Below, in pieces: positions 1 to 8,831 of a stretch of DNA of 32,000 nt (position 1 is its first letter; every line of letters begins with the position of its first letter). This DNA is from an archaeon. Lineage in GTDB: Archaea > Asgardarchaeota > Thorarchaeia > Thorarchaeales > Thorarchaeaceae. Where the stretch lies: NCBI GenBank assembly GCA_024275415.1, contig JAJRZD010000032.1, positions 25,141-57,140 of the forward strand, given 5' to 3'. Under the pieces are notes generated by a model that worked only from the letters and a program-made list of their open reading frames with translations, was not told the DNA's origin and searched no databases. A program made the position numbers and the translations under genes.

Positions 1-2889
1 TGGCAAGGTTGCCATGAAGGCGATGAACCAATCAAAGTATGTCAGGGGTAAGAAATAGAATTCAAAGCCGGGGAGTGCCCCGACGAGGATCTCTTGGGCT
101 AGTGGATTGTACATCAGCAGCAGAAATGCCATTATAATAAGTCCCAGCAACACAACGTATCGGATGATTCCAGGCTCTGAAACAGACTTGTGGAAGGGTA
201 GATTTACCCTTCGAATGATCAAGACCAATGTGCTTTCGAATATCAGTATCATGGTAAGCAGCATCGTTGTTGCTTTTGCTATCTGCAAATCCCAGCCAAA
301 TGGAAGTTGGGCTTCTTGACTATAATAGCCAGTCAAATTCTCAGGTACCAGCGCTAGTGGGTCACCCGGCTGAGCATTGAATGCAAGTGCGTACACTATC
401 GAAGTGCCAATGACCATTAGAAAAACACCAACACCCATGAGTACAGCAAGCCGTCTCGTGATAATGTCCTCACTATCTCGCGGCTTCTCCTCCATCGCCC
501 GCGGTGAAGTCTTATCAAAGACAAGTGCCAATCCAGGGAACGAATGGGTTGTTGCCACGAGAAGAAGGCTTTGCCAAGAAGTCAGCATGTTGAATCCGGC
601 AGGAAGGAGAAACAGAGCTCCGAAGAATATGATGGACTCAAAGAGATTGATGGCGATGTAGAAGAAGACCATCATCCGGATCTTGTTGAAGAGACCTCGA
701 CCCTCGTGTACCCCTGTGACGATAGACGCAAAACTATCATCCGTGATGACAATATCTGCTGCTTCCTTTGCTACGTCAGTGCCTGTTATTCCCATCGCAA
801 TCCCGGCATCACTCATAGCTAGGGCAAGAGCATCGTTCACGCCATCCCCAGTCATTGCCACGACCTTGTTCTGATCCTGATATCGTTCGACAATCAGCTG
901 CTTGTGCTCAGGGTTTACTCTGGCAAAGACATTCACGCGCTGGAAGTCATCCTCGGAAATCTCAGCAATCTGGGAACCTTCGACAGCAAGCGAGCCGGGT
1001 CTGTAAATGTTCAGGTTACTGGCTATTGTCTTTGCTGTGGCGGCTGCATCCCCAGTTATCATAATAACATTGATGCCAGCACTGTGGCACTCGCAAACCG
1101 CTTCCTTGACACCCTCTCGCGGTGGATCCACAATACATGCGAAACCTAGGTAGACGAGGTCTCGTTCAACTTGGTCACGTGCGTCAGGGACTGATGGCAG
1201 AACGTCCATCGTACGGTATGCAAGGGAAATGACTCTATAGCCTTTCGCTGCGAACCCATTGGTGAGGTCGGCAATCTGACCGCGGACATCATCCGTCAAC
1301 AATGTCAGCGTTCCCGAATTGTTGTAATGAGTGCACCGAGGAAGCATGACTTCCGTTGCCCCTTTGGTAAAGACGATGTACTTTGAGTCGTGATTACAAA
1401 TCTTCGACATGCGTTTGTATTGAGAGTCGAAGGGAAATTCCATCTCGACCTGATAGTTATCCTTCACTTCATTCTCGTTCATTCCACTCTTTCGAAATAG
1501 GGTCAAAAGAGCTGCATCTGTAGGATCGCCAACAGCCATATAGACTGGCCCTTGGTCGGGGATGTCCTTTGTGATGATGGCAGAGTCATTATTGATTCCG
1601 CCACATAGTAGCAACAGTCGCAAGTTGTCATATGACTCGACGCCCAGCAATGGTGATGTGTTTTCAGTGTCCAGATTGTCGTATGTGACATCATCACCTA
1701 ATCTCAGGATCTCTCCATCAGGTTCGTAACCATTGCCCGTGACAGTATAAAGGTGATTCATATCCCAGATGTATTTCACAGTCATCTCATTTTTAGTCAT
1801 GGTGCCAGTCTTATCCGAGCAGATGACACTGACACGCCCCAAGCTCTCAACAGCAGAGAGGTCTCTGATGATGACACCTTGCTTTGCCATCGCAAGAACG
1901 CCTGTAAGGAGGACTATCGTGGTAAGCAACGGGATGTTGATGGGCATTATCGTCATTGCTTTAGTGATTCCCGCCGTTATCGTGTCAATAATCTCATCGA
2001 AGCTCTCGACTCCAGGGGAACCAGTGAAGAAGGGGCCGAGAAAGGTGGCCCATGAGATGGAAACGAGCATCAGAAAGACTGCTGCAATCCCAAGGAGTTT
2101 CGCCAAGAGGTTCACTTTCTTTCTGAGGGGGATATCGCCAGTATTAAGCTCCTCGAGTGTGCCCTGTATCTTGCCAATCTCTGTCGCTCCGCCTGTTGTA
2201 GTTGCCACCACTTTTGCGGTTCCTGTGGCGATATACGTACCTAGGAATACCATGTTGTGCATGTCTGTCAGGGGTGCATCTGCATCAACCACCACATGAG
2301 CGTCCTTTGTGACGGGGACGCTCTCACCAGTCAAAGATGCCTCATTTGCGGCCAGATTCGAACATTGGATGATCCGACCGTCAACGGGGATTCGGTCACC
2401 CTGTTCGAGCTTAAGGATGTCGCCAGGCACAATATCTGCTGGATCGACTTTCATTTCTTCACCATCGCGGATGACCCGTGCATCACCAGCAGAGAGCTTC
2501 TCCAAAGCTTCGAGCTTTTTCTGAGCCCTGAATTGCTGGAAGATAGCAACGATACAGTTCACGGCCACAATGACCAGCCAGAACATAGCCTGTTCGAATT
2601 GAGAATTCTCCGTTGGGAACATAAAGGCGAGGAAAACAAGTGCAAATGAGCTCAGCAGATAGATGGTAATCAACCAGTTCAGTATTGGGGCAAGGTAAAC
2701 CTTCCAGAATGAGCCTTTGACCTTTGGAATGACATTCGGTCCATATCTGTGAAGCCTTTGTTCGACCTCGTCCTGAGAAAGACCATAATCGGGGTTCACT
2801 GACAAGACCTGCAGGACTTGATCCGGGGTCATAGCGTGATACTGTTGAGTCTTTGGTTCGAGTTCGATGGTGGATTGCTGCTCGGACAA
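1..2889 (-). CDS. P-type ATPase, P2 (SERCA/PacL-like) scaffold with atypical ion-binding residues; 3' end runs off the window (>=963 aa)
   Basis: Hand translation of the minus strand: TTG start at 2889 after GAGGT; N-term GLSQDEVEQRLHRYGPN; A-domain EASLTGES; phosphorylation motif ICSDKTGT (D at 1813-1815); N-domain FPFDSQYKRM and KGATE; DPPR, MITGD, MTGDGVNDA; hydrophobic C-terminal helices. Frame is open to position 1, which is probably why the ORF track lacks it. Confidence 0.96.
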   Translation of the reverse strand, partial: MSEQQSTIELEPKTQQYHAMTPDQVLQVLSVNPDYGLSQDEVEQRLHRYGPNVIPKVKGSFWKVYLAPILNWLITIYLLSSFALVFLAFMFPTENSQFEQAMFWLVIVAVNCIVAIFQQFRAQKKLEALEKLSAGDARVIRDGEEMKVDPADIVPGDILKLEQGDRIPVDGRIIQCSNLAANEASLTGESVPVTKDAHVVVDADAPLTDMHNMVFLGTYIATGTAKVVATTTGGATEIGKIQGTLEELNTGDIPLRKKVNLLAKLLGIAAVFLMLVSISWATFLGPFFTGSPGVESFDEIIDTITAGITKAMTIMPINIPLLTTIVLLTGVLAMAKQGVIIRDLSAVESLGRVSVICSDKTGTMTKNEMTVKYIWDMNHLYTVTGNGYEPDGEILRLGDDVTYDNLDTENTSPLLGVESYDNLRLLLLCGGINNDSAIITKDIPDQGPVYMAVGDPTDAALLTLFRKSGMNENEVKDNYQVEMEFPFDSQYKRMSKICNHDSKYIVFTKGATEVMLPRCTHYNNSGTLTLLTDDVRGQIADLTNGFAAKGYRVISLAYRTMDVLPSVPDARDQVERDLVYLGFACIVDPPREGVKEAVCECHSAGINVIMITGDAAATAKTIASNLNIYRPGSLAVEGSQIAEISEDDFQRVNVFARVNPEHKQLIVERYQDQNKVVAMTGDGVNDALALAMSDAGIAMGITGTDVAKEAADIVITDDSFASIVTGVHEGRGLFNKIRMMVFFYIAINLFESIIFFGALFLLPAGFNMLTSWQSLLLVATTHSFPGLALVFDKTSPRAMEEKPRDSEDIITRRLAVLMGVGVFLMVIGTSIVYALAFNAQPGDPLALVPENLTGYYSQEAQLPFGWDLQIAKATTMLLTMILIFESTLVLIIRRVNLPFHKSVSEPGIIRYVVLLGLIIMAFLLLMYNPLAQEILVGALPGFEFYFLPLTYFDWFIAFMATLP

Positions 2890-3084
2890 TGTCAGAACCT
2901 CTTCATAGGTGCATTGGATGAAAGGACTTGCCATTGATAAATGAACTTGTAATCTATAGTCCATCCCACCGCTTTCATTTGTATTTGGTAAGCTCCATCC
3001 CTTTTGAAGATTATTGATACCATTTTCGACAGGTTCTTGTGCTTTTGCTATTGGTCAAGTAGTACCTTAACAAGAGGTGTCAAG

Positions 3085-5058
3085 ATGGCTATCTATTATG
3101 ATATTCCACCAGAGCAAACGAAGTCCAGCGGTAGCAGGAAAATAGTAGCAGTGATCATCATCATCCTGATTCTCCTATCGACGGGAGTCATGGCCCTTTT
3201 CCAATTCATTCCCTCATTTGGGTCATTTTTTAACAGTGGTTCGGTTCGTGTAGCAGTCATCGATTCAGGACTTGACCAAGACGTTTCTATTTCAGGGAGG
3301 GTGGTTGCAGAACAAAGTTTCATACTGCCACAATATGGGTACAACATCACAGACTCGTCCACATCAGATTCAAACCCTGATGATGGTGCTGGAAATAACG
3401 TAAGACATGGCACTATGGTGACAAGAGCCCTGCTCCAAAATAGTGACAGTGCCCAGATTGTGGTTGCGAAAGTCATCGATTCATCGGGCCACGCTACTGC
3501 CAGTGCATTGGTAGCTGCAATATACTGGGCGGTGGAACAGAATAGCACAGTAATCAACATGAGCCTCGGTACAAGTCCGTCCTTCGGCGATCCCTTACAA
3601 GATGCAGTAGAGTATGCATTCTCGAAAGGCGTCATCGTCGTTTCAGCTGCAGGAAATGAGGGGGAGAACGGCATAGCAGGGAATAGCATCAGCTCACCAA
3701 GTGTCTTCTCGAAGGTCATCTCCGTAGCTGCATTGGACGAGAAAGGGGAACCTGCGTATTATTCAAGTTGGGGACCAACTGCCGATAGGAGCATGAAGCC
3801 AGACATCGCGATAGAGGGCTTCTTCGAGACCTCCAGTGCGATCTATTATGGAACGAGTTTTGCGGCACCAAGGGTCTCAGCCTATGTGGCCGAACTTGTG
3901 GCGTATTGCCAGAGCAAAGGGTACGAATATACACCGGGATTGATAATGGCAGCCTTATTCGAGGGAGCGACACCTCTGAACTATCCAGAATACATTGTTG
4001 GTGCTGGAAAGGCAAACTTGCAACAGTCAATGAACATCATAGATGCAGCATCAATCCAAGATGGCCTTCCACGTCTCATCAGTGTGGACACAAGTGGGTT
4101 GCCTCTTGACTTCGAAACTCTATTCCAAGGCGATAACTACACATTCAACGTTGAGATAACCACATCGACAGTATCAGAGGTCACAATCTCACTCATTGAC
4201 ATTGCTGAGGGAATCGTCGAGATACCAAGTCCGGTGAACATCAATCAAGTCGGAACCGTTCCTCTCTCGATCCATGTCCCGATGAGCTCGTCGCCAATCA
4301 GCGGGATGGTGTTTATCGAGGATGCATACTCGAATGCCACAGTGAGGGTTGAAATCACTCCTCAAGTAGCGGTAGCAAGGATAGCGTTCGATATCACGCA
4401 CACCCCTTGGAATATAGATACTACCTATGGACAATTCAAGGAGCTTTACATCCAACTCACAGAACAGGACATATCTGTAACGGAGATTAGGGACAGGAAC
4501 CTTCTGACGGCAGAGTACCTCTCTCTCTTTGATGCCGTATTCATGCTAGACCCAAGTGCATGGGACAGAAATGACACAGACTACAATAATCCAACGGCAT
4601 TCTCCATTCCTTTCACTCCTGATGAGATTGATGCTTATGAGGAGTATTTCCTCGATGGCGGTGGAATCTTCATAACTGCACTGGATAACAGTAGCTTGGA
4701 CATTGAATCGTTGAACGGGTTCCTAGAATGGACTGGCGCATCTGTTGCATATGATTCTGTCCCAGGAACTATTGGTGTGGTTGAGATAACTGACGTGGTC
4801 GCACATCCGATAACAGTAGGTGTTAGCTCCTTTGACTATCTTGGAGCGTCCATTTTGACTAATTCAAGTTACACCACACTTGGAAGATTCAGTGGGAAGA
4901 CTGTCCTAGCAGCCTTTGAGGGAACATCTGGTGGACGGATCGTCATCACAGGAACCAACTTCTTCATCGATAACTGGGGAATGAAGGGGATGTACGGATC
5001 ACCTGATGATGATGTTCTCTCACTACGAATCGGTCTATGGTTAACTGGACTCATGTGA
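3085..5058 (+). CDS. Membrane-anchored S8 (subtilisin-like) serine protease with C-terminal GATase1-like/DUF4350-like domain
   Basis: Catalytic triad motifs VAVIDSG, RHGTMV, YYGTSFAAP and oxyanion AAGNEG; N-terminal hydrophobic helix IVAVIIIILILLSTGVMALF. Start set at ATG 3085 (GAGGTG upstream) rather than 3004. Confidence 0.93.
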   Translation: MAIYYDIPPEQTKSSGSRKIVAVIIIILILLSTGVMALFQFIPSFGSFFNSGSVRVAVIDSGLDQDVSISGRVVAEQSFILPQYGYNITDSSTSDSNPDDGAGNNVRHGTMVTRALLQNSDSAQIVVAKVIDSSGHATASALVAAIYWAVEQNSTVINMSLGTSPSFGDPLQDAVEYAFSKGVIVVSAAGNEGENGIAGNSISSPSVFSKVISVAALDEKGEPAYYSSWGPTADRSMKPDIAIEGFFETSSAIYYGTSFAAPRVSAYVAELVAYCQSKGYEYTPGLIMAALFEGATPLNYPEYIVGAGKANLQQSMNIIDAASIQDGLPRLISVDTSGLPLDFETLFQGDNYTFNVEITTSTVSEVTISLIDIAEGIVEIPSPVNINQVGTVPLSIHVPMSSSPISGMVFIEDAYSNATVRVEITPQVAVARIAFDITHTPWNIDTTYGQFKELYIQLTEQDISVTEIRDRNLLTAEYLSLFDAVFMLDPSAWDRNDTDYNNPTAFSIPFTPDEIDAYEEYFLDGGGIFITALDNSSLDIESLNGFLEWTGASVAYDSVPGTIGVVEITDVVAHPITVGVSSFDYLGASILTNSSYTTLGRFSGKTVLAAFEGTSGGRIVITGTNFFIDNWGMKGMYGSPDDDVLSLRIGLWLTGLM

Positions 5059-5284
5059 GCGATGTGTTTCTCCGTACACGTCGCTTGCTGGATTTAGGAA
5101 GCTTAAAAGGGAGGATGTATATTGTTAAGGTACAAAAAACGAGTCGAAGTCGGATAAAAATCTGAGTCCGGATTCGTCCGGATTCTGGTTAGCTGGTGGT
5201 CAGGCAATCTGTTCACCAGCTATCCGCACATTCATTCTGCTTGGTTATAATCATCATATTTACATAGCACATACCTTTGTCATC

Positions 5285-6526
5285 TTGCTCAACAAAGGAG
5301 ATTGCATTGACTTGGCCAAGATAACAAAGGCGTCCTACGGTGTTTTGATTGCATGTACAATCTCTCACTTCATGAATCATCTCTATACAGGTGCGCTCTC
5401 TCCTTTCTTGCCCCTTATCCGTGATGAGCTGGGACTTACGCTGACTGAGGCAGGTGTCCTCACAAGTGCAGTCATCGTCACAATGACCTCTGCCCACCTA
5501 GTTGTGGGATATATGGGTGATAAAGGATGGCGGGATATTTTGATCTCGGTGAGCGTCATACTATCTGCTGTTGTGATGCTAATAGAGAGTTTCGCCACAA
5601 GTTTTTTGTTCCTAGTAGGAACACAGGTAGCATTGGGTTTTGCGGTGTCAGGATATCATCCCTCTGCATTCCCAGCAATCTCAAAGAAGTTCCCCCGAAA
5701 TGCAAGAGCCAAGGCCATTGGGTTCAATGCTGCTGGGGGTCTTGTGGGAATGGCAATCACACCATTCCTCGGAGTATTTCTCTTGGTAGTCCTTGGTGGT
5801 TGGAGAAACCCGCTATTTACACTGGGCTTGATGGGGGTTGCATTGTTCATCCCGATCCTGTTGTTGATGAGGTATGCAGACAACCAAGCGAAAAATGATT
5901 TCGAGAACGGGGAGGTGGAGGACGAAGGCCCACAAGTTGGATGGACACGGAATTATTTCATAGCAATCATATTTATGGGTCTCAGAAGCATCCCGTTCCG
6001 TTCGACGACATTGATGATGCCGATATACCTTGTGGACAGTTACGGATACGAGCCAGTCTGGGCGGGCTCACTGACCGCAATCATGTTGATGGCAGGTCTG
6101 TTTGGAGAATTAGTGTCTGCACCCATATCAGACCGGTCAGGAAAACGCGTACCGTACATGTTCCTCTCTGTCGTCAGCATGGTGCCCTTGTTCCTAATGC
6201 TGAACTTGGCACTTGAGCCACTACCGCTACTTCTTGTCCTCATAGGTATCGGATTCATCTATTTCTTTGGAGTACCTCCAGGTCAGGCATTCGAAACTGA
6301 GGTGACGCCCACTGAGAAACAAGGACTGGCATTCGGATTGCTATTCTCAGTAGGTGCGATTCCAGGGTCTCTTGCACCAGCCATCTTTGGCTGGATTGGC
6401 GATGTGTTCGGACTGGCATCCTCAATTCTGTTCCTGGTGATAGTGTGTGCGATTGCGTCCGTCGTAGCCCTGTTCCTGAAAGACACACCACTTGAGCATC
6501 ATGTGGTTATTGCAATGGAGGAGTAG
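5285..6526 (+). CDS. MFS transporter
   Basis: 413 aa with about 12 hydrophobic segments; motif A-like GYMGDKGWR and ISDRSGKR in the two halves; YHP motif and NHLY N-terminal pattern typical of Fsr-like MFS. Start uncertain. Confidence 0.9.
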   Translation: MLNKGDCIDLAKITKASYGVLIACTISHFMNHLYTGALSPFLPLIRDELGLTLTEAGVLTSAVIVTMTSAHLVVGYMGDKGWRDILISVSVILSAVVMLIESFATSFLFLVGTQVALGFAVSGYHPSAFPAISKKFPRNARAKAIGFNAAGGLVGMAITPFLGVFLLVVLGGWRNPLFTLGLMGVALFIPILLLMRYADNQAKNDFENGEVEDEGPQVGWTRNYFIAIIFMGLRSIPFRSTTLMMPIYLVDSYGYEPVWAGSLTAIMLMAGLFGELVSAPISDRSGKRVPYMFLSVVSMVPLFLMLNLALEPLPLLLVLIGIGFIYFFGVPPGQAFETEVTPTEKQGLAFGLLFSVGAIPGSLAPAIFGWIGDVFGLASSILFLVIVCAIASVVALFLKDTPLEHHVVIAMEE

Positions 6527-6535
6527 AGCCAACGT

Positions 6536-7414
6536 TTGAATCGAGTTGAGGGAAAGATGATAGACTATCATGTCCATCCCGATTACTCCATCGATGCACA
6601 AGGCTCGATTGATGAATACTGCAAGAAAGCAGTTGAGAGAGGGTTGAAGGAAATTGCGTTCACAACGCATGTCGATACAGATCCAGAAACTGACGACTGC
6701 ATCGTATCAGTTCGTGGAAAAACAATCGATGTGCGGACTTCCCGTTGGATCGAGGACTACGAGTACGCAATCAGGGCAGCTGAGGAAACCTATGTCGAAC
6801 AGGGGTTGACCGTACTCATGGGCATGGAACTGGACATATACCCCGAAGTGGTCAATAACCTGCCCGAGAGCATTCTCTCAGCAGAATGGGATCTCGTCAT
6901 TGGATCGATGCACCTCATAGACCACCTTGCCATTTCGAAAAGGAGTGATGCTGCATTAATCTTCTCACGTTATACACTTGAGGAGTTAGGAACTCTCTAT
7001 TACTCGACCCTTCAAGATACTGTGGAAACATCGATAATTAATGTGCTAGGGCATATCGATTTATACAGGAGGTATGGAAACAAATTCTATGGAGAGGAGA
7101 TTGATGATCTTTGGAAACCATACATCGACACGTTAGCAGAAAAGATGAAGAAACACGATGTTGGATTCGAAATTAACACATTGCCATGGCGAAAGGGGAT
7201 GGCACAGCCACATCCATCTCCGCATCTCATCGAAATGCTTACAGGAAAGGGAATCAAAACCGTGACACTTGGTTCTGATTCGCATTTTCCAGAGGATATA
7301 GGGAGTGACATCGTGAAAGCTGCACGGATGCTTGATGAACGCTGTGGATTGAAGCCATCGCGATTCAGAAAAGGAAACGCTGTTGGCAGAATTGAGGGGA
7401 TAGGAACACACTAG
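6536..7414 (+). CDS. PHP-family phosphoesterase, histidinol-phosphatase HisK/HisJ-like
   Basis: DYHVHPDYSID, FTTHVD, GSMH, LGHID, FEINT and TLGSDSH metal-binding motifs. Alternative start ATG 6557. Confidence 0.88.
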   Translation: MNRVEGKMIDYHVHPDYSIDAQGSIDEYCKKAVERGLKEIAFTTHVDTDPETDDCIVSVRGKTIDVRTSRWIEDYEYAIRAAEETYVEQGLTVLMGMELDIYPEVVNNLPESILSAEWDLVIGSMHLIDHLAISKRSDAALIFSRYTLEELGTLYYSTLQDTVETSIINVLGHIDLYRRYGNKFYGEEIDDLWKPYIDTLAEKMKKHDVGFEINTLPWRKGMAQPHPSPHLIEMLTGKGIKTVTLGSDSHFPEDIGSDIVKAARMLDERCGLKPSRFRKGNAVGRIEGIGTH

Positions 7415-7452
7415 AGTGATAAGGAAGGGATAAGGACATTCCTGCCTGATGA

Positions 7453-7881
7453 ATGATGAAAAACAAGCAGTCATTTCTCTTGGCGTTGCTTGGTGGAGTA
7501 ATTCTCCTTAGCCAAGGAATCACCGGAAGTATTGGTTTCTTTGCATATCTCTCGCTCGTAGAGGGGATTCCAGAGCTTGTGAATCTAGTTCCACTGATCA
7601 ATATGTTAATCTGGGTTCTCACGGCAATTGCGATGACGGGCGGGCTTGGTGCCATTGTAGGGGGATATCTTCTGACCACCAATAGAACAGGCACAGGTAA
7701 ATTTGTCATTGGGATCGCAGTGGGAATGAGCCTGATAGGATTGATTCTCAACCTCATCCAGCTTGTCTGGCTCTACGGATTCACATCTGCATTAGACTTG
7801 TTTGCAGTATCAGCACAATCATTGGGATTCGTAGGTGTCATCTTGACAATCCTCGCACGTCGAACGGCAAAGACAGACTAG
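7453..7881 (+). CDS. Uncharacterised integral membrane protein (about 4 TM, glycine-rich)
   Basis: 142 aa, four hydrophobic Gly-rich segments, co-oriented with neighbours. Confidence 0.75.
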   Translation: MMKNKQSFLLALLGGVILLSQGITGSIGFFAYLSLVEGIPELVNLVPLINMLIWVLTAIAMTGGLGAIVGGYLLTTNRTGTGKFVIGIAVGMSLIGLILNLIQLVWLYGFTSALDLFAVSAQSLGFVGVILTILARRTAKTD

Positions 7882-7923
7882 TCCCATTTGCAAAGAGTTA
7901 TTCATACTCCTTGAACGGGACAT

Positions 7924-8571
7924 TTGATGAACGACCAGACGCCTATAGAAAAGGCACTCAGGCTGATAAAGAGGGGTGACCTGAGAGATGCAGAGTGTGT
8001 GCTAAAGCAGCATCTCGAGCAAGAGCCCGAGTCATTGGAAGGATGGTACAACCTTGGGTATGTCCTTAGTGATATGAATCGCGAAGAGGAAGCAGTCAGG
8101 GCATATGATGAGGCTCTCTCGATAGACAATGGGATCTTTGAGATCTGGTTCAACAAGGCGAATGCACTTTACAACTTGGCGGACTTCAAAGCAGCAAGAA
8201 TCTGCTACGAGAAAGCTCTTGATATCAATCCTGATGATGCTGAAGGATGGAACAACCTTGGAAACTGCCTCTCGCGTCTTACAGAGGGAAAGAAGGCACT
8301 TGAGGCATATACTAGAGCCGTGGCTCTTGACCCGACATATGCAGAGGCTTTCTACAACAAAGCGAACTGTCATTTCATCGAAGGAGAAGACGAGCACGCT
8401 ATTGCGTATGCAGAGCTGGCTGTCCAGCTGAAACCTCAGCTGGCAGAAAGAGTGGCGCAATGGATAGATGTCGCACGGGACAGGCGAGAAGCAAGAGAAG
8501 CAGAAAAGCATCATGAGAAGAAAGGAAAGATGCTCAAGGAGAGTATTGACAGCGACCTCAGAGGTGGTTGA
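7924..8571 (+). CDS. TPR-repeat protein
   Basis: Repeated 34-aa units: GWYNLGYVL, IWFNKANAL, GWNNLGNCL, AFYNKANCH. Confidence 0.92.
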   Translation: MMNDQTPIEKALRLIKRGDLRDAECVLKQHLEQEPESLEGWYNLGYVLSDMNREEEAVRAYDEALSIDNGIFEIWFNKANALYNLADFKAARICYEKALDINPDDAEGWNNLGNCLSRLTEGKKALEAYTRAVALDPTYAEAFYNKANCHFIEGEDEHAIAYAELAVQLKPQLAERVAQWIDVARDRREAREAEKHHEKKGKMLKESIDSDLRGG

Positions 8572-8831
8572 CACCAGCTGTACAAAACCTAGAGGATCCT
8601 GGACATCTTGTTGTGGGTGCTTGGATAGTTTCGACGAGGCATATTCAGTGAGGTCGTCCATGACACACGTAGAACCTCACAGAGTTCACCCAGTGCCGTT
8701 CTCTGGAAGTACAACATTCTGGTGTCAAAGTTTGTACAACGTACAATAAACGGTTCACATCCATCCAATGAATGATTCAGTACATCTAAAAGGTTCATAC
8801 ATCTTCTACAGTTTTGGATGTGGATTGGAAG

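Noticed and set aside
107-2649. Numerous plus-strand ORFs (60-176 aa) in the first 2.7 kb
   Set aside because: They are antisense shadows of the P-type ATPase on the minus strand, which has all hallmark motifs in one open frame.
1-2889. Calling the ATPase a true P4 flippase
   Set aside because: It has TGES rather than DGET, keeps the second Pro of PxxxP and has P2-like TM5/TM8 ligands; only the TM4 Ile is P4-like.
3004-3084. Longer N-terminus of the subtilase from the ORF track
   Set aside because: A GAGGTG RBS precedes ATG 3085, and the extension lies in the AT-rich divergent promoter region.
3088-3105. YYDI in the protease's cytoplasmic N-terminus as a YxxPhi sorting signal
   Set aside because: A four-residue pattern arises easily by chance and no adaptor-complex evidence is present in the window.
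8032-8661. 209-aa minus-strand ORF
   Set aside because: Almost entirely antisense to the TPR gene and has no recognisable motif.
8572-8831. 260-bp gap with short Cys-containing ORFs on both strands; checked for tRNA or small gene
   Set aside because: No cloverleaf or T-loop consensus, no convincing RBS-start pair; left uncalled.
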